From contig NC_042997.1 in NCBI RefSeq assembly GCF_006345805.1, positions 66,464,001 to 66,528,000 of the forward strand: DNA of 64,000 nt, in the 5' to 3' direction. Under the pieces are notes generated by a model. That model was not told where the DNA came from. It did not search any database and worked only from the letters and a program-made list of their open reading frames with translations. Positions 13,601-26,246 of this stretch are shown here, piece after piece. A program made the translations under genes and the position numbers. This DNA is from Octopus sinensis (Eukaryota). The first letter of the stretch is position 1. Every line of letters starts with the position of its first letter.

Positions 13601-15133
13601 ATGTAGTTTCATCATCATTGTTGCAACATCTTTTCCATGTTTGCATGGGTCAGGCAAGAATATGTTAGGGCAGAGTTTTCAATGGCCAGATATCCTTCCT
13701 GATGCCAATCCCCCAACCCCCACCTGTTTCCATGTGAAGGAATAATCTCCCCACCCAATAAACAAACAACAAACAGCTTGGATATGTTTACATTGAGAAA
13801 CAAAAGCAGATGATACTGAAATGAACATTTTTGTTCACAACCATCTTGAAATTTCCTGAGACATTCGTTATTTAGTGAACTATTAACAAATGACACCATT
13901 AGCAAAGCCGTTCTTTGCAAACCAATAAACAAATGCATGTGTAGACTTGAGAAATACAAACTCACTTTTATTCACATGCAACAGGCTTCTTTCAGTTTCC
14001 ATCTACCAAATCTACTTCAGGGTTTGGTCTGTCTGAAGCTATAGTGGAAGACATTTGGCCAAGTTGCCATACAGTAGATCTGAACTTGAAACCATACAGT
14101 TGAGAAATGAACTGCTTAACCACACAGCCATATATGTGTGTGTGTGTGTGTGTATAATTACATAATTTTCCTTTATTACACTCTGTATAAAAACCCAGTT
14201 TGAATGGAGCTCAACCACAGATTTGCAATATAGAATTGTGATGAATCATAACCTTGGACCCTGCCATAAGAACACTTGGAGTTCTTCACTAATCTAAGCA
14301 ATGTTGTTAGCTCGGTGTGCCAACAGAGAGATTATGAGGTATTTTATCCAGATTGATAATTCTTCACGATTAGATAGGCAGGCAGGCAGGCAGGCACATA
14401 TCAAAACAAAAGACTGGAAAAATTTGGTATATTTCTTAATTCCATGTTACACATGTTTCATTTCAGTAAAGGTGTTTACAAAAGTATACATGTAAAAAAA
14501 AAAACAGTCTTTCTCCTTGATATGTAATTATTCTGCAAATAGAATTCACTAGAAATTTTAAATGCTATATTTGCCTCATTCAAAATATAACGTTTATATA
14601 CATACATTTAATTACTGTGAACATACAGATGTGCTTCACCAGACTACACAGCTTAGACTATGTGGAACCATTAATCCCAACACATTTTTTTGATCTCTCT
14701 CCATTTTTTTCTTCTTGTCCCTTTCTGTCGCAGAGCATAGGCTTGAAATATCAAAGACTTCTCCATTTTTCCCCTAGCATCAAATTGATACTCTTGCTGG
14801 TTGTTCCCTCACCTGTCTCTTTTATGTTTAGTTAAAAAAAAAAGACAAATGTTTACACTAAAAAATAATTAACTATAAAATAATATTGTTGATTTAGAAA
14901 CTATATTGTCCTTGTGTTCTTGCTTTTGTTTTAAGCTAAGATGTGATTTGAAGGATATTTGACTGCTATTTTTAACAGGGTCAATTGACTATGTAAAAAC
15001 TACTCTATTTGGTTATGGTAAAAATAAAATGTTATTTTGTTTCATGTCCTTTTTTTATTCACCCATAATTATAATTATAATTAGATGACTTCATTAACAA
15101 TGACTTTTTTTCTTTGATTTAATTCTAATTCAG

Positions 15134-15322
15134 GAAGAAGATGAAACAAGTGAGACAATGAAGAATCCCTCATCTGCTGCTGAGTGGAGATGGACTGTTG
15201 AACATATTCTGTTCCCTGCATTCAGAGATTATTTACTACCACCAAAGCACTTTGCTGAAAACGCCAGTGTTTTAGAGATTGCCAACTTAAATGATCTCTA
15301 CAAAGTCTTTGAAAGATGCTAA
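15134..15322 (+). CDS. MLH1: MLH1 terminal coding exon (62 aa + TAA)
   Basis: Acceptor ttctaattcag|; [62 protein letters not shown], ending in the conserved MLH1 C-terminal FERC motif. Confidence 0.97.
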   Translation, partial: EEDETSETMKNPSSAAEWRWTVEHILFPAFRDYLLPPKHFAENASVLEIANLNDLYKVFERC

Positions 15323-15425
15323 GATTTTTTTTTTCCTACTTTTATTTCTTGCCATCCACCCTAATACCATAGTTTCCTTTGTTTTCGTTTTTCTCATCAA
15401 CATACAACAGGTTGAAATAGAACAA

Positions 15426-15431
15426 AATAAA
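15426..15431 (+). promoter_or_regulatory. Candidate polyadenylation signal for MLH1
   Basis: First AATAAA downstream of the stop codon (~105 nt). Confidence 0.45.
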
Positions 15432-16305
15432 GAATCTGATTTTTTTGATGATCATTTGGCATGACATGGGTGTTGCTGCTGCTGTTGTTGTTATTGTTAC
15501 TGCTGCCACTGTTATTGTTGTTGTTGTTCATCCTAGTCAAACAGAGCTATGATGTAAAACATTCCAGGTGTAGCCACCCAATCTTTCCTTTTTCAGACCT
15601 CTGAATAATCTAATTCTAAATCTAGAATTAAATTACACAGTGTGTCCCTCTGTTAGTTTGTTTTTTTGTTGTTGTTGGTTTTATCTTTTAGACTGTAGGA
15701 TATGATTTGAGGAAGATTTGACTGCTGTTTCAAACAGATTCATTGAGCCAATTCATTGAAACTCTCTCTCATTGACTCCGAGTAACAGTTGTGACTTTGT
15801 AGTTTTGTATCGATTATTGTTGTTATTGTTTACATTCATCCCACTCACACTTGTCTTCATCAAGCAAACCTATGCTGAAAGTCTTGAACATCCTGTCTTA
15901 GTCATAATGTATATCTAGGAATGCATTGTACAATGTATCCTTTTTTTTTATTTTTTTTTTTTAAAGTAGGCTGTGATTTATTTTACTCCTGATTCAATCT
16001 CATGAACACTACTGATGTGTGACTATTAAAAGTATGATAGATCTGTCTGGTCTACTTGTTTAATTACTGTGTTCCACAGTCCACAGTTGGATCCATGAAT
16101 CTGTTTTAACATTTTAACCATTTAAACATTTTTTTACCAATAAAATTTCACTAAAACTTTTTAAAAGGGTCTGATGTTGGCTTTTTTGTTTCATTCTTTC
16201 TTCTCCTCTTAATATTTATAGCTATATGTGTGTGTGAGTGTACATGTGTGCATGCATGAATGTATATTTATGTGTGTTTCTTTTTAGATATGTGTGTGTG
16301 CATGT

Positions 16306-16353
<48 letters not shown>

Positions 16354-16355
16354 TT

Positions 16356-17917
16356 CACTGGGCAACAAAAAAACATTGCCTGCTACCCAGACAAATAGTG
16401 CTGTGCTAAATTGAGTATGCTGATTCTGAATCCAGAAAGCACATCAGGATTTTGAGTTATGTGCACAATTATAAATTAATACTATCTTAGTATCAGAAAT
16501 AGTTAAGTTCACGGTAAATAATTATTATAAGAGTATATTAGTACTGTATATAGTAAATTTATGTTCAAGGCAAATAGTATTATAATACTCACTTTATTTT
16601 TGATATGCTCACCTCAGAAATGTTTGAGATACTTGCTCTTGCACTTATGCATCATGCGGGACTCCTGTTGTAGGAACCAGTGTTGGAAAAAAAATCAAGA
16701 TGCGAATGCAAGAAGTGCATTTTAAAGGGCATGCAGCATCCCATTCCTTCATATGCTGTTAGCATGTTGTTTGTTAAATCAGCATAGTTTTCAGCTCTAT
16801 GATTTCCCAGAAAGTTCTGTACAGCTAACATGAATGAATCCTATGCCATCAGCTCAACTGGATTCAGTTTACCTCTGAATTTGCTATCAGACATCAATTC
16901 TCTTATCTCGGGTCCAATGAAAATGCCTGCTTTCAGTTTTGCGTCACTTTTCTCTGCACCAAATTTTACTTTTAGGTACTGGAAGCCACAACCATCATGT
17001 GCCATTGCTTTTATGAAGTTTTTCGTAAGGCTGAGTTTGATGTGAAAGGGTGGAAGGAAGATCTTTTGTGGGTCTACCAGTGGCATATGCTGCACATTGT
17101 ACCAACCAACTATGTGCTCATCTCTTTTAGGACAGTCTTTTACAGATTGCTGTTGTCACAGCTGATCCAAATACAAGAAGCACATATTTTTGGTATATCC
17201 CAGCTACAATTCTTGAAGGAGGGAAATCACCTTGAAATCACTACAAATATTCCAATTATGAACTGAGTATTTAACTCCTTTCAGAATGAATTCCATCGAT
17301 TCACAAGTTTCTTCCATACCTACAATATGACCCACAGGAATGGAAGGTTTTTCATTACCATTATGTAACAACACAGCTTTGAGGCTAACCTTACTTGAGT
17401 CTATAAACAATCTCCATTCGTTAGCCACATGCACGTGTCCTAGTTTTTGCATGAGTGCATTAATGTCAGTTCAGAAACAAGCATTATTTTCTTGCTGGTA
17501 AAGAAGACAGATAAGCCTTCATGGCGAAAACAGAAAATGGAAATTTTCATACCTTGCTGTAGGAGATTCCATTGTTGTAGTCTGGATCTCGAAACTTCTG
17601 CCTTCTCCTTTGACAATGCTAGGTCTCTTACTGAATAGTTGAGAAATGGAATCAATATAACTGACTTACCCCCTCCCTCAAAATTGCTAGCCTTGTGCCA
17701 AAATGTAAAATCAATATAAATTGAGGAGTGATTGTGAATGTAGTGGCAGGGACTGTTAAAGTTAAAGCTTGCTACAGCAACAAAGGGTGCCCTTGACTTG
17801 TCCAAATAGTCAGTTGAGGTGTTTCTCTCAGACAAAACTGTAAGCATTGAAAGGGAACAAAAACTGCCGTACGTCATAAAATTTAGATGGCTTCCAACTT
17901 TTTAATTTTGTCCAGCA
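16356..17917 (-). mobile_element. Chapaev-like (CMC superfamily) DNA transposon, frameshifted and internally deleted
   Basis: Terminus cactgggcaacaaaaaaa and a degenerate inverted end ttttgtccagca; motifs EWRLFIDSSKVSLKAVLLHNGN, QLGYTKYMCF, FLPPFHIKLSLTKNFIKA, KLKAGIFIGPEIR, KMHFLHSHLDFF. The Chapaev3 subgroup call is from memory of the family. Confidence 0.7.
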
Positions 17918-18585
17918 CCACAGTAAAGAACAAGAAATTATTTAGATGCAAATTCTATTTTGATTTGTCATTAATAAAGTGGGTGGGATGCCAAAAAATT
18001 TCCGTTTGAGATTACGAGCTAGTATTTATCACTTTAATCTAACGCAGTGTTGCTCGACCAGTTTTTTGCCTATGGACTCTTTGATTCCTATTTTACTTGG
18101 ATGGACCTTCATACCCATTCGGTGTTTAAAAAAATCCTACAGTATTTTTATAATAAAATATTATAAGAAATTGTTATTTTTATTTATATTTTTCTTGTTT
18201 CAGTCATTAGACTGCAACCATGCTGGGACACTGCCTTGAATTTTAGTCATATGAATCAACCCCTGTACTTGTTTTTTTTAAGCCTGATACTTATTCTATC
18301 AGAGTCATTCAGTGAACCACTAAGTAAGAGGGACATAAACACACCAACACCAGTTGTCAAGCATAGACACATATACACACACACTGACAGATATATATCA
18401 TGTGATCACATGACCGACCAGGCTATCAGATGTTGCTACACATCGCTGGTCACAATGCGCTCCACATTGTTTCCGCTCAATAAACACTCACAATGCCCAG
18501 TCTGGGAATAATCGAAACTGCGATCCTACGACCACGAGTCCGCTGCCCTAACCACTGGGCCATTGCGCCTCCACATATATATATA

Positions 18586-18617
<32 letters not shown>

Positions 18618-19296
18618 GAGAGAGAGATGGGCTTCTTTCAGTTTCCATTGACCAAATCCACTCACAAGGTCATAGTAGAAGACACTTACCCAAGGTGCCA
18701 TGCTGTGGGACTGAACCTGGAACCTTGTGGTTTGGAAGCAAGCTTCTGACCACACAGCCATGTTTGCTCCTATTGTTAAAACATTTTGTGTATTGTAGAA
18801 GTATAACCAATTTATGGCATATAAGTTTTAACAACAAAATCTTACATGGAGCCCCCAGCATCATATGGACCTCACTTTGAGAATCACTGATTTAATGTAT
18901 CATCTGCATGATATATTTTTCCATTCAGTTGCTCTAAGCTGGAATTTGAGAGTGCTCTAAGTATGTTTGTGCATTGATTTCCTGTTTTTTCCTGTTTACT
19001 ACATTTGGTGTGAATACTATAAGGATGTTGTTTTCATAATTTCAGTATCTTCTATATAGTATAACTATGTTTTTGTTGTTGAGTGTATTGGTTGGTTGTA
19101 TTTAATGTTCTCAGGTGTTGTTGATAACAAGATAACCTATATGTATATAGTATTTTTTTAAAGTAATGAGCATGTAAAAGACTTTATTAGAAATAATGAT
19201 GCAGTGAAAATAAGACAACATTAGCTCAATGACTAATATTATTTCAATCATTTCAGGCTGTTCAGGAGACAAGCCCAGATATAAACATATTATCAA

Positions 19297-19527
19297 CCCA
19301 TTAGCATTCAGTTATACTCTGTCAAATGTAATGCTTATTTATTCACATTCATATTGTTTTGAATTAATTAGATATTATCTCGTAGCTTCCAGATTTCAAT
19401 AATGTGATTGCTTATTTTTAGAATGACATTGTAGGATAGGTGTGAGAGGCTGAATTTGGCCAGTTTGAATGTGAAAAAAGTGGGTAGATCATTTTGGCTG
19501 GATATAGTCAATTTAAATGCTGAAGGG
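19297..19527 (-). mobile_element. piggyBac-type MITE (TTAA site, ccctttagc TIR)
   Basis: Ends ...aatgctgaaggg|TTAA; same family at 19594-20484, ~37196-37414, ~45266-45484. Confidence 0.75.
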
Positions 19528-19977
19528 TTAAACCTCATCAGTAAAGTATAAACTTTGTTTCATTTGTCAAACTAATGAAGAAAGAATCTTTAACCCTTTA
19601 GCATTTAAACCGGCAATATCCGGCCAGAAGTTTTCTGCCTGTTTTATGTTCAAACTGGCCAGATCTGGTCTCTCACGCCAACCCTACAATATCGTTTTAA
19701 AAATTAACAGCTACCTCGTCAAAAGCTCATAGCTAGAAGATAATGCATGATTAGTTGAAAACAATGTGGATAAAAAAGCATTCATTTTGGTAGAATAATC
19801 ATCATCATCATCATCATCATCATTTAACGTCCGCTTTCCATGCTAGCATGGGTTGGACGGTTCAACTGGGGTCTGGGGAGCCCGAAAGCTGCACCAGTCC
19901 AGTCAGATCTGGCAGTGTTTCTACAGCTGGATGCCCTTCCTAACGCCAACCACTCCGAGAGTGTAGTGGGTGATTTT

Positions 19978-20355
19978 ATGTGCCACCGACACAGGTGCCA
20001 GACGAGGCTGACAAACGGCCACGCTCGGATGGTGTTTTTTATGTGCCACCGACACAGGTGCCAGACGAGGCTGGCAGACGGCCACGCTCGGATGGTGTTT
20101 TTATGTGCCACCGACACAGGTGCCAGACGAGGCTGGCAGACGGCCACGCTCGGATGGTGTTTTTATGTGCCACCGACACAGGTGCCAGACGAGGCTGGCA
20201 GACGGCCACGCTCGGATGGTGTTTTTATGTGCCACCGACACAGGTGCCAGATGAGGCTGGCAAACGGCCACGATCGGATGGTGCTTGTTACGTGCCCACA
20301 GCACGGAGGCCAGTCGATGCGGTACTGGCTACGGCCACGTTCGGATGGTTTTCTT
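19978..20355. repeat. 62-bp minisatellite inside the LINE 3' UTR (~6 units; units 2-4 identical)
   Basis: Unit atgtgccaccgacacaggtgccagacgaggctggcagacggccacgctcggatggtgttttt. Confidence 0.95.
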
Positions 20356-20359
20356 ATGT

Positions 20360-20471
20360 GCCACGTGCCACCGGCACTGGTACCACAAAGATACAAATTC
20401 CATTGATGTTCAAATAGATGAACATCAATGGAATTTGTATCTTTGTGGTACCAGTGCCGGTGGCACGTGGC
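20360..20471. repeat. Perfect inverted repeat, 53-bp arms, 6-nt loop
   Basis: 20360-20412 is the exact reverse complement of 20419-20471; loop aataga. Confidence 0.97.
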
Positions 20472-20822
20472 GAACACTAAAGGGTTAAGTAGATGTCCAA
20501 TATTGTAGACAAGTAGGTAGGTGTTTGGTACCTCATTATTTTGAACTAAAATCTCCTGGAAATGGCTTTCTCCTTCATCTTTCATGCGAGTATTATCATT
20601 GTCACCATCATTAACAGAATTGTTTTAACAATCATTTTTCCATGCCAGAGAGGATCAGACAAGTCTTACTGAGGAAATTTTTCTGTGGTTGGATGCTATT
20701 CTTGTTGCCAACACTCACTTGTCTCCAAGTAAGATAATGTTTTCTCTTGGTCATTCAAATGACTAACAGCATCTACATGGTGAGTTTATGCAACTTAGGA
20801 AAACAAACACACATGATATATA

Positions 20823-20873
<51 letters not shown>

Positions 20874-20875
20874 AG

Positions 20876-21046
20876 AATTGTTAAAGAGGACAACTAAAGT
20901 TAAGGCAAGGCAAACATCTCAAGTCATATACATTATTATTATTATTATTATTATTATTGGAAAAAAATAATTTTTTCCAATAATAATAACGTATATGACT
21001 TGAGATGTTTGCCTTGCCTTAACATTTGTTGTTCTCTTTAACAATT
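20876..21046. repeat. Fold-back inverted repeat with a 33-bp perfect core and (ATT)n tracts, 4-nt loop
   Basis: gttaaggcaaggcaaacatctcaagtcatatac versus gtatatgacttgagatgtttgccttgccttaac. Confidence 0.93.
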
Positions 21047-21216
21047 ACATATCTGCTATATCGGAAATCTGCACTGGCTCCATAGCTACCATTTTGGCTA
21101 TAACCTTGGGACCCTAGTAATCCGTTAAAGTACTTAACTAGTGTACCTAGTTATTTAGATCACCTGTGAACTAAACCCCCATATTTTGTATGTGTGTGTA
21201 TATATACACACACGCA

Positions 21217-21725
21217 CAGGGTGAGACAAAAGTCACACACCATAGCAGTATATTAATTAATAATGTTTAAAATGACTAATTTTTTCAGGTATTTTCTTAT
21301 TTGCAGAAACAATTTTGACAAAGTAAGAGGGGTAAAAAACTAACAAAGAATAAATGAATTACTTTAGTATTCATGAATGAGAAAGCAGGTGCTATTCACA
21401 GATCTGTTGCAAAAGAATTCAACAGGCAGAAATCACACCGATTTCCAATTCATAAGTCAACTGTTGGACATCTGATTAATCATTTTAAAGAAACTGATAG
21501 TGTTGCTGACCACCCTTGAAGTGGCAAACTGAAAAGTGCAACCAATCCAACATCAACAGAAATTGGTTTAGAAACTCTTACAAACAGCCTCAAATGTGTT
21601 ATGAAAAGGAAGGGAGACATTTTGAACAGCACATATAACAATTAAATAACTAGCAAATAAATTTTCTTGTGTAATTATACTTTTAATAAATTATCCCTGT
21701 GGTGCATGACTTTTGCCTCACCCTG
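21217..21725 (+). mobile_element. Non-autonomous Tc1/mariner element retaining an N-terminal HTH pseudo-ORF
   Basis: TIRs cagggtgagacaaaagtca / tgacttttgcctcaccctg|ta; from 21373 MNEKAGAIHRSVAKEFNRQ...STVGHLINHFKETDSVADHP*SGK. Confidence 0.8.
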
Positions 21726-23279
21726 TACATATATCATCATCGTTGTTTAACATCTGCCTTCCATGAAGGTGCACAATATGAAACCATAAAGGAAAAATTT
21801 CATCATCACTAATTGTGACCAAGGATGCTGAATAGCACCTATATTGCAAGAAATAAGAGTTAAAATCCTTAAGGCTGTATGAATTACACAATTTATATAC
21901 ACTGACATTAGCAAAACACTGGACCAGTTTTGTCTGTTAGTTTCAGACTTATCAGCAGTGCTTACTCCATTGCTCTGATAGAAAATACCAAAGACTACTC
22001 ATGTCCCAATATTTACTTGCTTTTATTTATAACTTTATATGCTTTGAAATCCAGTGTTCCAAAAAAATAAAAGAATGTGTGAGTGTGTGTGTGTGTACAA
22101 CTAGCTGCCAAATGTTTCCATCAACCAATTCTACCCAAAAGATATTGGTCAGCCTGTAACCCTAGTAAAAGACATCTACTCACAGTGCCTTGCAATGGGG
22201 AGAGCCCAAAAACCAAATTGCTGGGAAGCAAAATTCTTAACCACAGAACCATGTTTATCTTCACATATCTTCACATGTGAATGAAAATGAATAAATAACT
22301 AATATTTTTGTTTTCAATCATTTATTCTTCTTTTTTACTTAATTATTTCTTTCTGCTAAATGTGGTCTGGCATTCTGTCAGTTACAACAATGAGTGTTCC
22401 AGTCGATTCAGTCAGTGGAACAGCCTGCCAGTGAAATTAATGTGCAAGTGGTTGAGCACTCACACCAATAATGCAGTTCTCAATGTGACAAATAAGGCTG
22501 GCCCCTTGAATTACCGGTACAGCTCATTTTTGTCAGCTGAGTGGACTGGAGCAACATGAAATAAAGTGTCTTGCTCAAGAACACAATGTTCCACCAGGAA
22601 TCAAACTCATGACCTTATGATCACAAGCTGAATCACCTAACCACGAAGCCATGCACCTTCACACATGGCTTAGAAGTTAATGTTTGTGACTCAAGGTTCA
22701 AATCCACATTTAGCACAAGAGAAGAAATAATCGGATTGGTGAAACTTATACAGCAAAACATTTTCTACTTTTGGCAAAACCCTATATATATATGTGTGTG
22801 TGTGTGTATTTTGTATGTATGTATATATACATTATATATATATATATATATATATCTGTATGAGTTTGTCGATTTTATATCCTCCCCATTTTCTTATTTC
22901 CCTTTTATATATATATATACATCATTCTCTATAAATCCTGGGTCTTTCGCTTTGCTGAACACAAATCAATGTATTGATTTTAAAAAAAGTAATGTGTTCC
23001 TTTTTTCATTTGAACTTCATCTTTCTTTTTAGTTGTTCTTTGTTCTTCCTTTTTTTGTGTGTTTTTTGCCTAGAGATATTTATTCCATTACCTACACAAT
23101 AGAAATGTTTGCAAGTGTTTAACCAAATTGCCAGACAGACACATTGTCATTGTGTGTTTCACATGCTGTTATATGTTTTCTAGTAAAATGTTTTGGTTAT
23201 ATCATCATCATCATCATCGCCGTCATCATCATCATCAGCAGCAGCAGCAGTGTCATTGGTGGCATCATAATCTATAATG

Positions 23280-23310
<31 letters not shown>

Positions 23311-24140
23311 CATGCATATACACACACACACACATACATACATATATAAGCATAAAAAGGATATAGCTTAGTGGTTAGAACATCAGGCTCACAATTATGA
23401 GGTAGTGAGTTTGATTCCTGGACCGGGCAGAGTGTTGCTCTTGAGCAAGACATTTTATTTCGCGTTACTCTTGTTCACTCAGCTGTAGAAATGAGTTGTG
23501 ACATCACTAATGCCAAGCTGTATTGGCCTTTGCCTTTCCCTTGGATAACATCAGTGGCATGAAGAGGGGAGGCTAGTATACGTGGGTGACTGCTGGTCTT
23601 CCATAAACAACCTAGCCAGGACTTGTGCCACAGAGGGTGACTTCCTAGGTTCAATCCCATGGTCATTCATGACCGAAGTGGGGGTCTTTATGTAGGCATA
23701 GATATGGTAGTATGGTTAACAAATTTGCTTAGCAGCTACATGGTTTCAGGTTCAGTCTTCTTGCATGAAAATAAATATCTTCTGTTATTACCTTAGGCTA
23801 ACCAATACCTGGTGAGTGAATTTGTTAGATGGGGGCTTTTATTAAGCCCATCATACGCACACACACATGCATGTACACACTCATATATTATGATATATTA
23901 TATATATATATATATATATATAAATCTGTGTTTGTGCTACGTAAGAAGCACTAAGTCCACTCTGCTGAGTGGTTGGTGTTAGGAAAGGCATTCAGCTGTT
24001 AAAACCCTACCAAAACGGTCACAGAAATTTGATGCAGGCTTCTGCCTGGCCAGCTCTTGTGAAACTGTTGTACTCATGCCAGCATGTAAGGCAGATGTTA
24101 AATGATGATGAGTATGTATATATATATATATGTGTATATA

Positions 24141-24655
24141 TAAAAGGTTGGCAACTAAGTTCCTGCTGTATTTTTAAATTTAAATTAACTAATTAATCAA
24201 TAATGTAATAATGTATTCACCCTTGTTGTTTAGAACTTCTTCCCAACATTCAACAAGATTTTCAATACCTTGTTGGTAGAAATCACCGCATTTTCAACTT
24301 GAAAAATTGATCCAACCAAGCTCTCAATTCTGCATCAGTATTGAACAAAACTCCGCACATAGCATTTGAAAGAGATCGAAAGAGGTGGAAATTCATTGGT
24401 GCTAAATTAGGAGAGTACGGCAGGTGTGGAAGCACTTCCCAGTCATGCGTTTGAATGGCTTCCTTGGTCATATTGGCAATATGAGGGCAGGTGTTGTCAT
24501 GCAGCAGAAGAACTCCATGCTGACGATTAGGTCATTTCTCTTGAATAGCCATGTTGAGTCATTCCATCTGTTGAACATAGAGTTCCGCATTGACCGTTTG
24601 GTTCCATTCAAGCAATATTCATAATGGATATACAGTCTACAGAATGCTTCAGTCA
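24141..24655 (-). mobile_element. Mariner transposase 3' remnant
   Basis: GVLLLHDNTCPHIANMTKEAIQTHDWEVLPHLPYSPNLAPMNFHLFRSL (mariner HDNA and YSPDLAP motifs). Confidence 0.88.
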
Positions 24656-24793
24656 ACCCAATTCTATGTTAAATGATACTTATTCCAAGCAGCACTTAAT
24701 AGAATTGAACCAAAAACCAAATGACTGCAAATCAAATTTTTTAACCTCACAACAACAATGTGTCTTGCATCCTTAGAATTCAATACATATCTA

Positions 24794-25178
24794 TGGCTGT
24801 CTGGTAAGTAGCTTGCTAACCAACCACATGGTTCCGGGTTCAGTCCCACTGCGTGGCATCTTGGGCAAGTGTCTTCTGCTATAGCCCCGGGCCGACCAGT
24901 GCCTTGTGAGTGGATTTGGTAGACGGAAACTGAAAGAAGCCTGTCGTATATATGTATATATATGTATGTGTGTGATTGTGTGTCTGTGTTTGTCCCCCTA
25001 GCGTTGCTTGACAACCAATGCTGGTGTGTTTACGTCCCCTTCACTTAGCGGTTCGGCAAAAGAGACCGATAGAATAAGTACTGGGCTTATAAAGAATAAG
25101 TCCCGGGGTCGATTCGCTCAACTAAAGGCGGTGCTCCAGCATGGCCGCAGTCAAATGACTGAAACAAGTAAAAGAGTA
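24794..25178 (+). mobile_element. Family A SINE, near intact
   Basis: Full head, core and tail; other copies at ~27893-28243, 36592-37030, 37551-37977, 38226-38578, 56033-56380. Confidence 0.88.
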
Positions 25179-25289
25179 TAGATAGATAGATATAAAAGAT
25201 TCTGTTCATTTGTGTGTTTGTCTCTCCAACAAAGTGAAAGTAAATGGTTCAAGGGAGGCTATTCTGGAAGCTATTATGCTTTTTTTATA

Positions 25290-26170
25290 TTTTCTGTTAT
25301 GCTATTGCCTAATTTGTCTCAACAAAAATTATGCGATGGCATAACACTAATTGTGCACGAACCTATGAGGAACTGCATTGAGGCAAATATTCTTACTGGT
25401 TGTGGTAAACGTGACACTGTCTTCTTTCCTCACATACCAGTTACACCATCTAATGTCCCATTCCAATTTAAGCAGTTACAGTTTCCTATTCGTGTTTCTT
25501 TCGCTATGAGTATTAATAAAAGGCAGGGCTAAACACTAAAAGTTACTGGATTGCAACTTGGACAGCCATGCATTTCACATGGCCAACTTTATGTAGGAAC
25601 ATCATGTGTGGGAGCAAAAGTAAATTTTTCTGCTTATGCACCCCAAAATAAAACAAAAGACATTATTTATGGAGAATTATTCACTCTTAATGCAACTTGA
25701 ATACTTCAATAACTTAATTTACCATTACTGACATTACATTCAAGAGCGAGTAAATTACCTATTTTTATTAACTGTATTATATAGTTGCCATTACTGTATT
25801 GACAAATAAAATAACACATACAACTCACTTATTATAATCATATAATAAAGAAACACAAATTCATGCATAAATTTGATCTTTTTCCTGCTTCAATTATTAC
25901 ATGTTCTTTCTCTTATAACAATATTATATAATTGCCATTTCTCTATTAATAAATTAAACAGCACATACAACTCACTTATCATTGTCATATAATAAACAAA
26001 CACAAGTTCATGTATGAAATTGATCTTTTTTCTGCTTCAATTATTACATATTTTTCTGTTATAAAAAATACACACATACAGGAGTAAATTACATATATAA
26101 TAATACTTTGAATGTTGCTCCTGAGAAACAGTAAAAGTAATTACCTGACCAATGACGGGTATTACTGCTA

Positions 26171-26171
<1 letters not shown>
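25290..26171 (+). mobile_element. Helitron 3' portion with PIF1-type helicase remnant
   Basis: MLLPNL...LCDG...IEANILTG...PFQFKQLQFPIRVSFAMSINKRQG*TL...PCISHGQLYV; ends actgCTAG|T at 26168-26172; ~140-bp internal tandem duplication at ~25770-26056. Confidence 0.88.

Positions 26172-26246
<75 letters not shown>

Larger units (their letters stand above)
19594..20484 (+). mobile_element. piggyBac-type MITE interrupted by a family D LINE tail
   Basis: TTAA|ccctttagc at 19590 and ctaaaggg|TTAA at 20488; insertion starts after ...agaataatc at ~19800. Confidence 0.8.

Noticed and set aside
19978-20355. CRISPR-like look of the regular 62-bp repeats
   Set aside because: Units are contiguous with no unique spacers, there are no cas genes, and the context is a eukaryotic LINE UTR.
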